Part shown: one piece after another, positions 31,622-41,067 of the stretch
How the letters are laid out: every line of letters begins with the position of its first letter
Numbering within the stretch: position 1 is the stretch's first letter
Source of the DNA: Planctomycetota bacterium
Lineage (GTDB): Bacteria; Planctomycetota; Phycisphaerae; WQYP01
Length of the DNA stretch: 64,000 nucleotides
Reading direction: 5' to 3'
Assembly (NCBI GenBank): GCA_021831565.1
Contig: JAKBMM010000008.1
Location: forward strand, 11,964-75,963
The notes under the pieces: generated by a model
Seen by the model: only the letters and a program-made list of their open reading frames with translations
What the model was told of the DNA's origin: nothing
Database searches by the model: none
Translations under genes and position numbers: made by a program

Positions 31622-31708
31622 AAGAGTCGCCCCGCTGGGCCGCGACCATCGTGCCGTCAGGACACGGCGCCATTCGCGAGCGTTATTGCCGGAGTAGATT
31701 GGAAGAAT

Positions 31709-32179
31709 ATGCTGGAAAAAAAGCTGCTGATCTCCGCTGCCGTGCGCGGGCGCATGCGGGCGCATGCCCGACGGTTTTACCCGCTGGAGGCCTGCGGGCT
31801 TCTGCTGGGACCTTCGAACGCTCTAGTCGGCGGACCGTTGCGGATAACGGCGTTTGTGCCGGCGGAAAACGTTGCGCCGGCGGATTCGCGCCGTATCGCG
31901 TATCGGATGGATCCCCGTTTTTTGTTGCGCGTGCAGAAAGAGGCCGGGGCGCGAAATCTCGCCGTGATTGGTATTTTTCACAGCCACCCCGGCCATCCGC
32001 CCGTGCCCAGTCGGCGCGACCTCCAGCAGGCTTGGCCGGTGTATTGCTACGTCATTCTGCGGGTGAATTCCGATCGTGTGGGGGAATTCATGGCTTGGGT
32101 TCTGGATCGCAGCGGAAAAAAGTTTGTGGAACTCCATACGCCCTGTAGGGGGCGGTCTTCCGGGCCGTCTGGGTCTTGA
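31709..32179 (+). CDS. JAB/MPN (M67 family) metallopeptidase
   Basis: JAMM motif YPLEACGLL...FHSHPGHPPVPSRRD. Confidence 0.88.
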   Translation: MLEKKLLISAAVRGRMRAHARRFYPLEACGLLLGPSNALVGGPLRITAFVPAENVAPADSRRIAYRMDPRFLLRVQKEAGARNLAVIGIFHSHPGHPPVPSRRDLQQAWPVYCYVILRVNSDRVGEFMAWVLDRSGKKFVELHTPCRGRSSGPSGS

Positions 32180-32181
32180 GT

Positions 32182-32215
32182 CTTAAGAAACTATCTTTTG
32201 AGATAGTTTCTTAAG
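32182..32215. repeat. perfect 15-bp-arm palindrome (possible terminator or fused IS-end remnant)
   Basis: CTTAAGAAACTATCT-TTTG-AGATAGTTTCTTAAG directly after the JAB gene stop. Confidence 0.8.
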
Positions 32216-32331
32216 TCTTGCATGCGTGGTATCCATTGCCCACGGGTTTGCCGGATGTTATAGATGTTATAAGCGTATGGTCTTGGGCGTGAGCCGTTGC
32301 CGTCATCCTTGGTTTTATACAGGAGATTAGC

Positions 32332-33099
32332 GTGAAACTATCAAACAAAGTTGCCATTGTGACCGGTGCCGCCACGGGTATCGGCCAGGCTATCGCCGTC
32401 GCCTTCGCCCGCGAAGGGGCCGCGGTCGCGATTGATTACGTCGGCAAGCCCGGCACGGCGGATCAAACGCTGGAAAAAATAAAAAACGCCGGTGGCCGAG
32501 CCATCGCCCTGACCGCGGATATTTCCAATCCCCAACAGGTTGGCGCGCTGATCGATCAAACAGTCGGGAGGTTCGGCCGGCTCGATATTTTCGTCAACAA
32601 CGCGGGTATTGAGTTCAAGCATCCCTTTCTGGAATTTCCCATCGATCAATTCCAGAAAATCGTCATGGTGAATCTGCAAGGTCCGTTCCTATGCGCCCAG
32701 GCGGCGGCGCGGCGGATGGTCCAGCAGGGCGGAGGCGGACGCATCATCAATATCTCTTCCGTGCACGAAGACCTGCCCATGCCCACCAATGCCCCGTACT
32801 GCGCCACCAAGGGCGCCCTGCGTATGCTTACCCGCACCATAGCTGTGGAACTGGCTCCCCATAAGATCACGGTGAACAATATCGGTCCGGGCGCTATTTT
32901 CACTCCCATCGACGCCGATGTGGAAGCCAACCCGCAAATGGAAGCGGCCTTGATGGCCGAGATACCCTTGGGTCGCTGGGGCAAGCCCGAGGAAGTCGCG
33001 GGCCTGGCGGTATTTCTGGCCTCCGATGATGCGGCCTATATCACCGGGGCGACTTACTTCATCGACGGGGGTATGTTGCGTCAGGCGGGAGGCCTGTAG
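32332..33099 (+). CDS. SDR oxidoreductase, glucose 1-dehydrogenase-like
   Basis: TGAATGIG, NNAG, SSVHE, YCATK, NNIGPGAIFTPI; GTG start with SD AGGAG. Confidence 0.9.
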   Translation: MKLSNKVAIVTGAATGIGQAIAVAFAREGAAVAIDYVGKPGTADQTLEKIKNAGGRAIALTADISNPQQVGALIDQTVGRFGRLDIFVNNAGIEFKHPFLEFPIDQFQKIVMVNLQGPFLCAQAAARRMVQQGGGGRIINISSVHEDLPMPTNAPYCATKGALRMLTRTIAVELAPHKITVNNIGPGAIFTPIDADVEANPQMEAALMAEIPLGRWGKPEEVAGLAVFLASDDAAYITGATYFIDGGMLRQAGGL

Positions 33100-33236
33100 C
33101 ACGGACGCGGCCTCGCGAATCACACGCCTCGCCGGGGCCTGCTCGGGTTCGGCTGTTGCCGATTTTTAGAGGAGATATATGTATTTTGCGACAAATTGGG
33201 AGTACCGCCCTCTCCTTAAAAAAAGAGAAATTCCGG

Positions 33237-33266
33237 TTGCCCGTCCTACCGGATCATTGCTATAAT
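33237..33266 (+). promoter_or_regulatory. sigma70-type promoter for the PAS/GGDEF/EAL gene
   Basis: -35 TTGCCC (33237-33242), 18-bp spacer, extended -10 TGcTATAAT (33258-33266), upstream A-tract (33218-33230). Confidence 0.6.
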
Positions 33267-33377
33267 AATTCGTGGCAGTCGATCGTATCTGAGATATTCA
33301 GTACCGTTGCGTGATTGCACATCAATCTTCGCGGGATCGGATACGACACCCATTCTCCGGCAAATACGAGGGCAGGT

Positions 33378-35867
33378 ATGAATGGCGACTTACATATTAC
33401 CAGTGGTCCATTTCCGCTGGACCATGATAATCCTTTTCAGATGGCTTTCTTTCAGACGCCGGCAATATGTCTTATTTTGAACGGCGCGGACGGACGCATC
33501 CTTGAGGTGAATGACGCCGCCGCAACATTCTACGGCCACAGCCGCGTGGCAATGCGAAACAAGTACCTGCGGGACTTTCATCCTCTCTTACGAGAACCAT
33601 TGTCGGAACGAATGCCCGGCGCCGCGGGTGATCAGGCGTTCCGTATTCGAACCCAGCATCGCGCCGCCCAGGGAGAAATTCGCGAGGTTCTCATTTTTGG
33701 CGCCGCTGTCCCTGTCGGCCCAAGCTTGCTGCACTTCTGTATAGTGCAGGACTTGTCTCTCTATCAGGCGGCGCAGGCGCAACTCCTCCAGACGCAAAAG
33801 GAGGCGGAGCGCAACGCCGAGATCTTCCGTCACTTTTTCCAGGATAACAGCGCCGTCGCCCTTATTGTTGACCCGGTGGAGATGCGCATCGTTGACGCCA
33901 ACCACGCGGCCGAGGTTCATTATGGCTGGTCGCGCCGGGAATTGATCGGCAAATCGATCTGGGAAATTAATACGCAGCCGCGGCGCCAACTGGCGGAAAT
34001 GTACCGCCGGATCATCCAAGCCGGCTCGGCCTGCATGGAGACGCAGCATCGCCTGGCCAATCAGGATATACATGATGTCGAGATATATATTACAGTATTT
34101 GAGAAAGCCGGCCGCCAACTGCTCTTTGGAATCATTCACGACATCACCGAGCGAAAAAAATCCCAGGCGTCGCTCCAACTGGCCCATCGCGCCCTGGAGG
34201 CGACGGTCAACGGCGTCATTATCTGCGACGCGCAATTGCCCGATATGCCTATCATTTACATGAACGCCGGACTGGAAAAAATCAGCGGTTACCAGCGCCG
34301 GGAATGTCTGGGGAAAAATCCGCGATTCCTGCATCGCGGCGATCCGAATCAGCCCGGTATTGAACGCATCCGCCAGGCCTTGCGTTCCGGTAAGCCCGTC
34401 GGAGCGGAATTGCGCAATTACCGCAAGGACGGCACGCCCTATTGGACTGATGTGTATATATCTCCTGTGATAGATTCAGAAGGAAAAGTAACCCATTATA
34501 TCGGCATTCAAAAGGATATCACGGAACGAAAGCGGGCGGAGGCGAGAATGAATCGGCTGGCGCTCTTCGATTCGCTTACCGAGCTGCCCAACCGGCAATT
34601 GCTTCTTGATCGGCTCAGTCGTGCCCTGACGCTGGCCCAACGCACCGGCAAATCCGGCGCTCTGGTCTTCATTGATCTGGATCATTTCAAGAACATCAAT
34701 GACGCGGAAGGGCATTCCATCGGCGACCAACTGCTGATCGAAACCGCCCACCGCCTTCGCAACTGCCTCCGGCAGGAAGACACGCATGCCCGGCTCGGCG
34801 GTGACGATTTTGTGATTCTTCTTACCGGGTTGAATGAAGATCTGGAAAAGGCGGCACAGGAGGCCAGCTATATCCTCGATCGCGTGCGATTCTCGCTCGA
34901 GGAGCCGTTTGCCGTTAACGGTGGTTGCCACCGGCTCGCGGCCAGCATTGGCGTTCGTATCTTTCCTAGAGGGCACGAGAACCCCGCCGAACTCCTCCAG
35001 CAGGCGGAAACCGCCATGTATAAAGCGAAGGCCGCGGGGCGGGACACCATCACCTACTTTCAACCGGACATGCAAACCGCCGTGCAGGAGCGGCTCCGCC
35101 TGGAGCGCGAAATGCGTGATGCCCTCGCTCATCAGGATTTTCAAATGTTCCTCCAACCCCAGGTGGATCAGGACGGCCGCATCATCGGAGCGGAAGCCCT
35201 CATACGCTGGCAAAAACCGGACGGCTCTCTGGTTTCACCGGGGAAGTTCATACCGCTGGCGGAGGATAACGGCCTGATTATTCCGATGGGTGAATGGATG
35301 ATCCAGCAGGCCTGCCGGACAATCGCCGGGCTGCAAGCGTATGGCGCCCCTCTCCGCATCGCCGTCAATGTCAGTCCGCGGCAATTCCGCGTGAGCAATT
35401 TCAAGGATCGCATCGCAAAAATTATTGGCGATACCGGTATCGACCCCGCTCTGCTGGCGCTGGAGGTTACCGAGGCGGTGATTTTTGACAATCTCATTGA
35501 CGCGGCGCGCGCCATGCACGAAATCAAGCGTCTGGGCGTCACGTTTTCAATAGATGACTTCGGCACAGGATACGCCTCGTTGAGTTATCTGAAAAAACTG
35601 CCGGTTTCCGAGATCAAGATTGACCGTTCCTTCATCCAGGATGCGCCGCAAAATTCCAACGACGCGGCCTTGGTGGAGGCCATTCTGGCCGTCGCCAGAC
35701 TGCACGGCCTCTCGGCCGTGGCCGAAGGGGTTGAGACCGCCGAGCAGAGTGAATTTTTGAAACAGCGCGGTTGTCCTTTTTTTCAAGGCTTTCTGTTTGG
35801 CCGCCCGGTTCCGGCCTTCGAGTTTGTGGCCCGGATGAAATCCGCCTCTCCCATGCCGCACAATTAG
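33378..35867 (+). CDS. multi-PAS diguanylate cyclase/phosphodiesterase (PAS-PAS-PAS-GGDEF-EAL)
   Basis: PAS/PAC repeats (DITERK), DLDHFKNIND, RLGGDDF, EALIRW, DDFGTGYASLSYL, IKIDRSF, AEGVET. Confidence 0.93.
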   Translation: MNGDLHITSGPFPLDHDNPFQMAFFQTPAICLILNGADGRILEVNDAAATFYGHSRVAMRNKYLRDFHPLLREPLSERMPGAAGDQAFRIRTQHRAAQGEIREVLIFGAAVPVGPSLLHFCIVQDLSLYQAAQAQLLQTQKEAERNAEIFRHFFQDNSAVALIVDPVEMRIVDANHAAEVHYGWSRRELIGKSIWEINTQPRRQLAEMYRRIIQAGSACMETQHRLANQDIHDVEIYITVFEKAGRQLLFGIIHDITERKKSQASLQLAHRALEATVNGVIICDAQLPDMPIIYMNAGLEKISGYQRRECLGKNPRFLHRGDPNQPGIERIRQALRSGKPVGAELRNYRKDGTPYWTDVYISPVIDSEGKVTHYIGIQKDITERKRAEARMNRLALFDSLTELPNRQLLLDRLSRALTLAQRTGKSGALVFIDLDHFKNINDAEGHSIGDQLLIETAHRLRNCLRQEDTHARLGGDDFVILLTGLNEDLEKAAQEASYILDRVRFSLEEPFAVNGGCHRLAASIGVRIFPRGHENPAELLQQAETAMYKAKAAGRDTITYFQPDMQTAVQERLRLEREMRDALAHQDFQMFLQPQVDQDGRIIGAEALIRWQKPDGSLVSPGKFIPLAEDNGLIIPMGEWMIQQACRTIAGLQAYGAPLRIAVNVSPRQFRVSNFKDRIAKIIGDTGIDPALLALEVTEAVIFDNLIDAARAMHEIKRLGVTFSIDDFGTGYASLSYLKKLPVSEIKIDRSFIQDAPQNSNDAALVEAILAVARLHGLSAVAEGVETAEQSEFLKQRGCPFFQGFLFGRPVPAFEFVARMKSASPMPHN

Positions 35868-35893
35868 TTGTATTAAATAATAATATTAATATA

Positions 35894-36889
35894 TTAGCTT
35901 AAATATGTATATTCCGGCCAGGGGCGGCCCAACTGGCGCGGGCCGGGGTGATTCCGCGAAAGAACGGCCAACGCCGCCAGCGCGGCCACGTAGGGCAGCA
36001 TCTGGAAAACCTCAAACGGCACGCTTTGCAGCGCATGCAGTACGGCGTAATGCGATGTATAGCGGGCGGTTTGCAGCGTTTGCTGCAGACTGTTGATGGC
36101 GCCAAAAAAAAGGCATCCCAGAATCAGGCCGCCCATCGACCACCGCCCGAAAATGACCAGCGCCAGCACGACAAACCCCTGCCCGCCGGTCATATCCGTG
36201 GCGAACGCGTGCGTTCGCATAATGCTTAAATAGGCCCCGGCCGCCCCCGCGCAGCCGCCGGCGAAAAGCACCGCCAGCCACCGCCACGTCCGCACGGCGA
36301 TGCCGCACGCCTGACAGGTCTGGGGCGAATCGCCCAGCGCCCGTAGAATCAGCCCCAGGCGGGTAAAGCGAATGATCACCCATACCAGCGCCGCCAGCAG
36401 CACGGCGGCGTAAAACAAGCCGTATTGATCGAAGAAAACCGGACCGAAAAACGGCAACCGGGCCAACGCCCCTACGGCCTGTCGGCTGTAACCGGCGCCG
36501 TGCGGCAGAGCCGTGGATAGATCGTGGTTTTCCCGCCAGTTTTGATACAAACTCCAGATCGTTCCGCTCAGGCCCAGCGCCAGCAGATTCAGGGCCGTAC
36601 CGGAAACAATTTGATCCGCCCGGCCGGAAATAGTTGTCGCCGCAAACAACGCCGCCACCGCCATGCCGGCGAGAATTGCCGTTGCCAGCCCCAGTGAGCC
36701 ATGACCGGTGGCGCCGGCGATGGTGTAAGCGGCGATGCAGCCGGTAAGCATCAGTCCTTCAATGCCGATGTCAATGACGCCGGTCAACTCGCTGACCAGC
36801 TCGCCGATACCGGCCAATATCAGCGGCGTGGCGGCGGAAACAGTCTGACGGGCCAGGAAAGTCAGCACATTCTCATGGGCCGGGTTCAT
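35894..36889 (-). CDS. ABC transporter permease, nucleoside/simple-sugar (NupC-like)
   Basis: GELVSELTGVIDIGIEG, GQGFVVLALVIFGRW, PRQLGRPW. Confidence 0.88.
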   Translation of the reverse strand: MNPAHENVLTFLARQTVSAATPLILAGIGELVSELTGVIDIGIEGLMLTGCIAAYTIAGATGHGSLGLATAILAGMAVAALFAATTISGRADQIVSGTALNLLALGLSGTIWSLYQNWRENHDLSTALPHGAGYSRQAVGALARLPFFGPVFFDQYGLFYAAVLLAALVWVIIRFTRLGLILRALGDSPQTCQACGIAVRTWRWLAVLFAGGCAGAAGAYLSIMRTHAFATDMTGGQGFVVLALVIFGRWSMGGLILGCLFFGAINSLQQTLQTARYTSHYAVLHALQSVPFEVFQMLPYVAALAALAVLSRNHPGPRQLGRPWPEYTYLS

Positions 36890-38016
36890 GGTTTGTCGCT
36901 CCCCTGATCGTTGGCCGGAGGCGGGTCAACCTGCCGGGTTCGCAATTTGCGTCCCAACAGGTAAGCGCTCAGCAGCAGCATCAGCAGAATCACCACGGCT
37001 TTGACCACGTTGACCACGGCATGCGGCAGCGCCAGCGAACTTTCCTCCACGCGCAGCGCGCCGGTATCCAACATTCCAAAAAACAGAGCCGCCCCGGCGA
37101 TTCCCAGAGGATTCAGTCGCCCCAGCAGAGCCACGGCGATGCCGGCGTAGCCATAATTTCCGAAGGAACCGGTCATAAAATGCGTCACGCCGAGTACCTG
37201 CAGCGCGCCGCCGAAGCCGGCACAACAGCCGCTCATAAACATCAACAGAAATTGTTTTCTGGACACGCCAATGCCCGCCAGCCGTGCCGCGCCGGGGTTC
37301 AAACCGACTACGAGCGATTCAAAGCCGAAGGTGGTTCGCTGGTTGAGCGCATAAAACAGGACGGCCAAAACGAAGGCAATGGGAATGCCAAGATGAAAGC
37401 TGGTGAATGGAATAAGTTCGGGCAACCAGTAAGCGGGAGCGATCTGGGGGCTTTGCGGAGCCGGCGTTCCGCCGGCCTGCAAGGGACCTTGCAGAATCGC
37501 GCGAACCACATACAAGGCCACGAAATTGAGCAGAATGGTGGAGAGTACAATGGGCACTGATCGGTACCGTTCCAGTATGCTCGCCAGCAGAGCCCACAAA
37601 CCACCGGCGAATGTTCCGGCGAGAATGGCCAGGATAATAACCGGCGGTGCGGAGTGAAAAATCAACCACCGCGTGCTCAAACCCACGGCAACCAGCGCAC
37701 CGAGCAGAAATTGCCCTTGGGCGCCTATGTTCAATACGCCGCCGCGAAAGGCGATACCCGCGGCCAGACCGGTCAGCAGCAGCGGACAGGCGTCGGCCAA
37801 ACTGTTGGTGAGCGGATAGATTCCCCCGATAGAGCCATCCACCCAACGGCTCATGATGGCCAGGGGTGGATAGCCAACCAGAGCCAATCCGCTCAGTACA
37901 AGCCCCAGGGCCAGTCCGCAAGTTCCGATAGCCAGCGGAATCAGCGCTACGGTGCTGATCAACCGCGAGAAACGGCCCGCATGGCGTTGTAGGGGGGAGG
38001 AATGAAAGGTCGTCAT
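36886..38016 (-). CDS. ABC transporter permease, nucleoside/simple-sugar (NupB-like)
   Basis: PLLLTGLA, LNIGAQGQF, GLNPGAARLAGI, GYAGIAVALLGRLNP. Confidence 0.88.
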   Translation of the reverse strand: MTTFHSSPLQRHAGRFSRLISTVALIPLAIGTCGLALGLVLSGLALVGYPPLAIMSRWVDGSIGGIYPLTNSLADACPLLLTGLAAGIAFRGGVLNIGAQGQFLLGALVAVGLSTRWLIFHSAPPVIILAILAGTFAGGLWALLASILERYRSVPIVLSTILLNFVALYVVRAILQGPLQAGGTPAPQSPQIAPAYWLPELIPFTSFHLGIPIAFVLAVLFYALNQRTTFGFESLVVGLNPGAARLAGIGVSRKQFLLMFMSGCCAGFGGALQVLGVTHFMTGSFGNYGYAGIAVALLGRLNPLGIAGAALFFGMLDTGALRVEESSLALPHAVVNVVKAVVILLMLLLSAYLLGRKLRTRQVDPPPANDQGSDKP

Positions 38017-38019
38017 CGT

Positions 38020-39552
38020 TTATGCTACGCCCAGCATCATTTTTCCGATTTGTTCGCGCGACGCGTCCGGCCATGATGTTTCCTGTAGTTGTCCATTGTA
38101 CAGCACCGAAACCCGGTCACTGATTGCCAACAACTCGTCCAGATCGCTGTGGACCAGCAGAATCGCCGCGCCATCACGGCGGGCGGCGAGCAGTTGCTTC
38201 ATTACGAACGCGCTGGCTCCAACATCCAGGCCACGGGTTGGGTTAACCGCCAGGATGATACGCGGCTTTTCACCAAGTTCGCGGGCCACCACCACCTTCT
38301 GTTGATTGCCGCCGGAAAGCATACCGACCGGTGTTTGCGCATCAGGGCAACGAATATCGAATTGCCTGATCAGTTCGGCGCTTCGTTGCCGCCACCGACC
38401 GAATCGGCACAGCCCCATCCAGGAAAAGGGACTGGTATGGTAGCGTTTGAGCATAAGGTTGGCCTGCACAGACAGTGGCAGAACCAGCGCCTCTCTCTGC
38501 CGGTCTTCCGGAATACACCCGAGCGGTGATCTTGGATTGATTCCCGGAGTTTTCCGATGGCTATCAGAACTATCGCCAAATATCACGTTTCCGTCGACGG
38601 GTTCAATCTGGCCCAGAATGCAGCGGACCAGGCAATCCTGGCCGTTTCCGTCCACGCCGGCGATGCCATGGATTTCGCCGCTCCGTACCGACAGGTTCAC
38701 ATTAAAAAGTAGCCAGGCTCCCTGGTGTGAACTGCGGACCGATACGTTTCGCAGTTCCAACCGCGGGGGGGATAATTCGCCGCGATCCCACCGCGGCGCT
38801 TCGCCCGGAGGCTCTTGATGATCCGCCAGGTGCGGAATTTTTAACCGTGCGCCGATCATTTTTTCGGCAATCTGGCCGGCATCCAGTTCACGGATGGAGC
38901 CTGTATAAACCACGCGGCCCTTACGTAGAATCGTAATGCGATCACAGAGTTTTTGAACTTCCGCTAATTTATGGCTGATGAAAAGCACCGCCATTCCCGC
39001 AGCCGCCACCGCCCGCAGCGCCGGAATTAGTTCGGCGACTTCCTGTGGCGCCAGGACCGCGGTCGGTTCGTCCAGTATCAGCAGTTTTCCACCGGTACAG
39101 AGAGCTTTGACGATCTCCACTCTCTGCCGCTGACCAACGGACAAATCGGCGACTGGTTTCTCCAGGTCCGGATTCCAATGGAGTCTGTCGGTCCAGATGC
39201 GAATTCGGCCGATCAATTCACGCCGCCCCGGCGACCAGAGTCCGCGGACCGCCGCCAGTGAGATGTTCTCCAGCACCGTTAATGATTCTACCAGCTTAAA
39301 ATGCTGGTGAACCATGCCGATTCCAAGCCGCTGCGCTATCACCGGCGAGGCGATTCGCACCCGCCGGCCGTCAAACTCAATCTTTCCGGTGTCGGGGCGC
39401 GCCAGGCCGAAAAGAATGTTCATGAGAGTCGATTTGCCCGCCCCATTTTCGCCCAGGATGCCATGAATGGCGCCCTGCCGCAGAGAGAGTGTCACGTTGT
39501 CCAGCGCCGCCACCGGACCGAAGTGTTTGGATATATTAGTCAATTGGAGCAT
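38020..39552 (-). CDS. ABC transporter ATP-binding protein, CUT2 type (NupA-like)
   Basis: GENGAGKST, LSVGQRQRVEI, LDEPTAVL, second domain LSGGNQQK. Confidence 0.92.
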   Translation of the reverse strand: MLQLTNISKHFGPVAALDNVTLSLRQGAIHGILGENGAGKSTLMNILFGLARPDTGKIEFDGRRVRIASPVIAQRLGIGMVHQHFKLVESLTVLENISLAAVRGLWSPGRRELIGRIRIWTDRLHWNPDLEKPVADLSVGQRQRVEIVKALCTGGKLLILDEPTAVLAPQEVAELIPALRAVAAAGMAVLFISHKLAEVQKLCDRITILRKGRVVYTGSIRELDAGQIAEKMIGARLKIPHLADHQEPPGEAPRWDRGELSPPRLELRNVSVRSSHQGAWLLFNVNLSVRSGEIHGIAGVDGNGQDCLVRCILGQIEPVDGNVIFGDSSDSHRKTPGINPRSPLGCIPEDRQREALVLPLSVQANLMLKRYHTSPFSWMGLCRFGRWRQRSAELIRQFDIRCPDAQTPVGMLSGGNQQKVVVARELGEKPRIILAVNPTRGLDVGASAFVMKQLLAARRDGAAILLVHSDLDELLAISDRVSVLYNGQLQETSWPDASREQIGKMMLGVA

Positions 39553-39659
39553 ACAAGAAGCGTTTCGTCATGGAAAATCAGCCCCGTCGCACCCGCAATG
39601 ATTTTATACTCCGCGCCGCGGGGTTTGAGATAGGCTCTTCTACCATCTCACAGGCACTC

Positions 39660-40106
39660 TCATGCCGGCATATCCCTCCCGTGTTCGACTTTGCCGCACC
39701 TATTCATGGCCTGGTTGGCCAATTCATCGGGCCTGTGGTTATCGTCACGGTATACGTGCTCAATGGACCATTTTGGAACACACCGCAGCAGGTCGATGGC
39801 CCGCTGATAAAGTGGTTGTAAATCGGGACTTTTCACCCGGTAGCGCCCCTGGATCTGCCGGACCACCAGCTCGCTGTCGGCACGAATGATCAACCGCCCA
39901 ACGCCCAGTTTGCAGGCCATTTCCAAGCCGCGCAGCAATGCCGTGTATTCGGCCACGTTGTTGGTGTGTTTGCCGATAAATTCGCCAAGTTCATAGATTA
40001 ACCGGCCATCCGGCGTCCGCAGCGTCAGACCAATTCCCGCCGGGCCGGGGTTGCCCCGAGAGCCGCCGTCGAACTGGAGAATAAGTTCGCTCTCATCTTG
40101 CGACAT
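39660..40106 (-). CDS. rnhA: ribonuclease HI family protein
   Basis: FDGGSRGNPGPAG, TNNVAEY, DSELV, NHRPDELAN (D-E-D-D catalytic set). Confidence 0.88.
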   Translation of the reverse strand: MSQDESELILQFDGGSRGNPGPAGIGLTLRTPDGRLIYELGEFIGKHTNNVAEYTALLRGLEMACKLGVGRLIIRADSELVVRQIQGRYRVKSPDLQPLYQRAIDLLRCVPKWSIEHVYRDDNHRPDELANQAMNRCGKVEHGRDMPA

Positions 40107-40185
40107 GGTTCACTTGCCATCGACCGAAAAAAATCATATCTGCAGGATTTCGAACGGCGGGTGATGGTGCCGTGGCCCCTGCGGA

Positions 40186-40947
40186 TCATCCGGGAGAAGT
40201 CACATGATGCGGAATCATTTCCGGCAGATACAAGATCCGACCACAGGAGTGGCAGCGGCGGACCTCGTCGCGACCCCGTAAGAGGTTCACGTCTTCCATG
40301 TTCAGGCTCATGAAACAACCGCCGCAGGTGATGGTGTCCAGGTCATTTTCATCGAATTCGACCGGAGCCATGACCTGGCCGGGATATTTCTTTCGGATGC
40401 GTTCGTACTGCTGCGAGGCGTCGCGGGGGATTTTGTCCAACGCGATTCTGCGGGATTCCCGCAATTTTTGCATTCGCGATTCAATATCGCAAACCCGCTG
40501 GGCATTGAGCTTTTGTAATTCCGCGAGGGCGGCCTCGGCGGCGGCGAGCTGCCGGTGGGCGGATTGCAGATTCTCCTCATTTTTCTGCTGCTGTTCCATG
40601 CACTCAAGAATCACATCTTCGACTTTTTTGTTTTCCGCTTTTTCGGCGGAAATCTGCACCAGAATGGCGGAATACTCCTTGTTGGTTTTGGTGGTGTTCA
40701 GGGACGTTCGCATCTTTTCCACGTGTTCCTGACGGGCCTTGACATCCAGCTCGTGCGCGGCCATGGTCGCTTGGAGTTTTCTGCCCGCGGATTCCATCTC
40801 CATGATCTCGGCCTTGATCCTGCTGATGTCTGCTTTTGCCGCCACCTGATCTTTGAGCAGCGTGTTCAGGCGATGTTCGAGTTCATGCAGTTCGTTGTCG
40901 ATTTGGTGGAGGTTTAAAAGGGAAGGCAACATCGTAAAATCCGGCAT
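40186..40947 (-). CDS. coiled-coil plus C4-type zinc-ribbon protein (CT398/DUF164-like)
   Basis: LHQID N-terminus, long heptad coil, NKEYSA, CGGC...CHSCGRILY; typical neighbour of RNase HI. Confidence 0.88.
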   Translation of the reverse strand: MPDFTMLPSLLNLHQIDNELHELEHRLNTLLKDQVAAKADISRIKAEIMEMESAGRKLQATMAAHELDVKARQEHVEKMRTSLNTTKTNKEYSAILVQISAEKAENKKVEDVILECMEQQQKNEENLQSAHRQLAAAEAALAELQKLNAQRVCDIESRMQKLRESRRIALDKIPRDASQQYERIRKKYPGQVMAPVEFDENDLDTITCGGCFMSLNMEDVNLLRGRDEVRRCHSCGRILYLPEMIPHHVTSPG

Positions 40948-41027
40948 CCGCACACCTCATTATTTTCCCATCCACTTAAGTTTACCAAGATGTGTGGAAT
41001 TCCGCCAGTGGAGATAATGGCTGCCCC

Positions 41028-41045
41028 CCCCGATATCTATCGGGG
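41028..41045. repeat. short palindromic repeat, copy 4 (variant)
   Basis: CCCCGATATCTATCGGGG, perfect 8-bp arms, intergenic. Confidence 0.65.
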
Positions 41046-41067
41046 TTTGCATACGACGGGATCATCG

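Noticed and set aside
31709..32179. JAB gene as part of a CBASS or other ubiquitin-like defence system
   Set aside because: No CD-NTase, E1/E2 or effector gene nearby; sequence fits the stand-alone M67 type
39553..39659. RNase P RNA, which often lies near zinc-ribbon/RNase HI genes
   Set aside because: Gap is only 107 bp and shows no rnpB consensus
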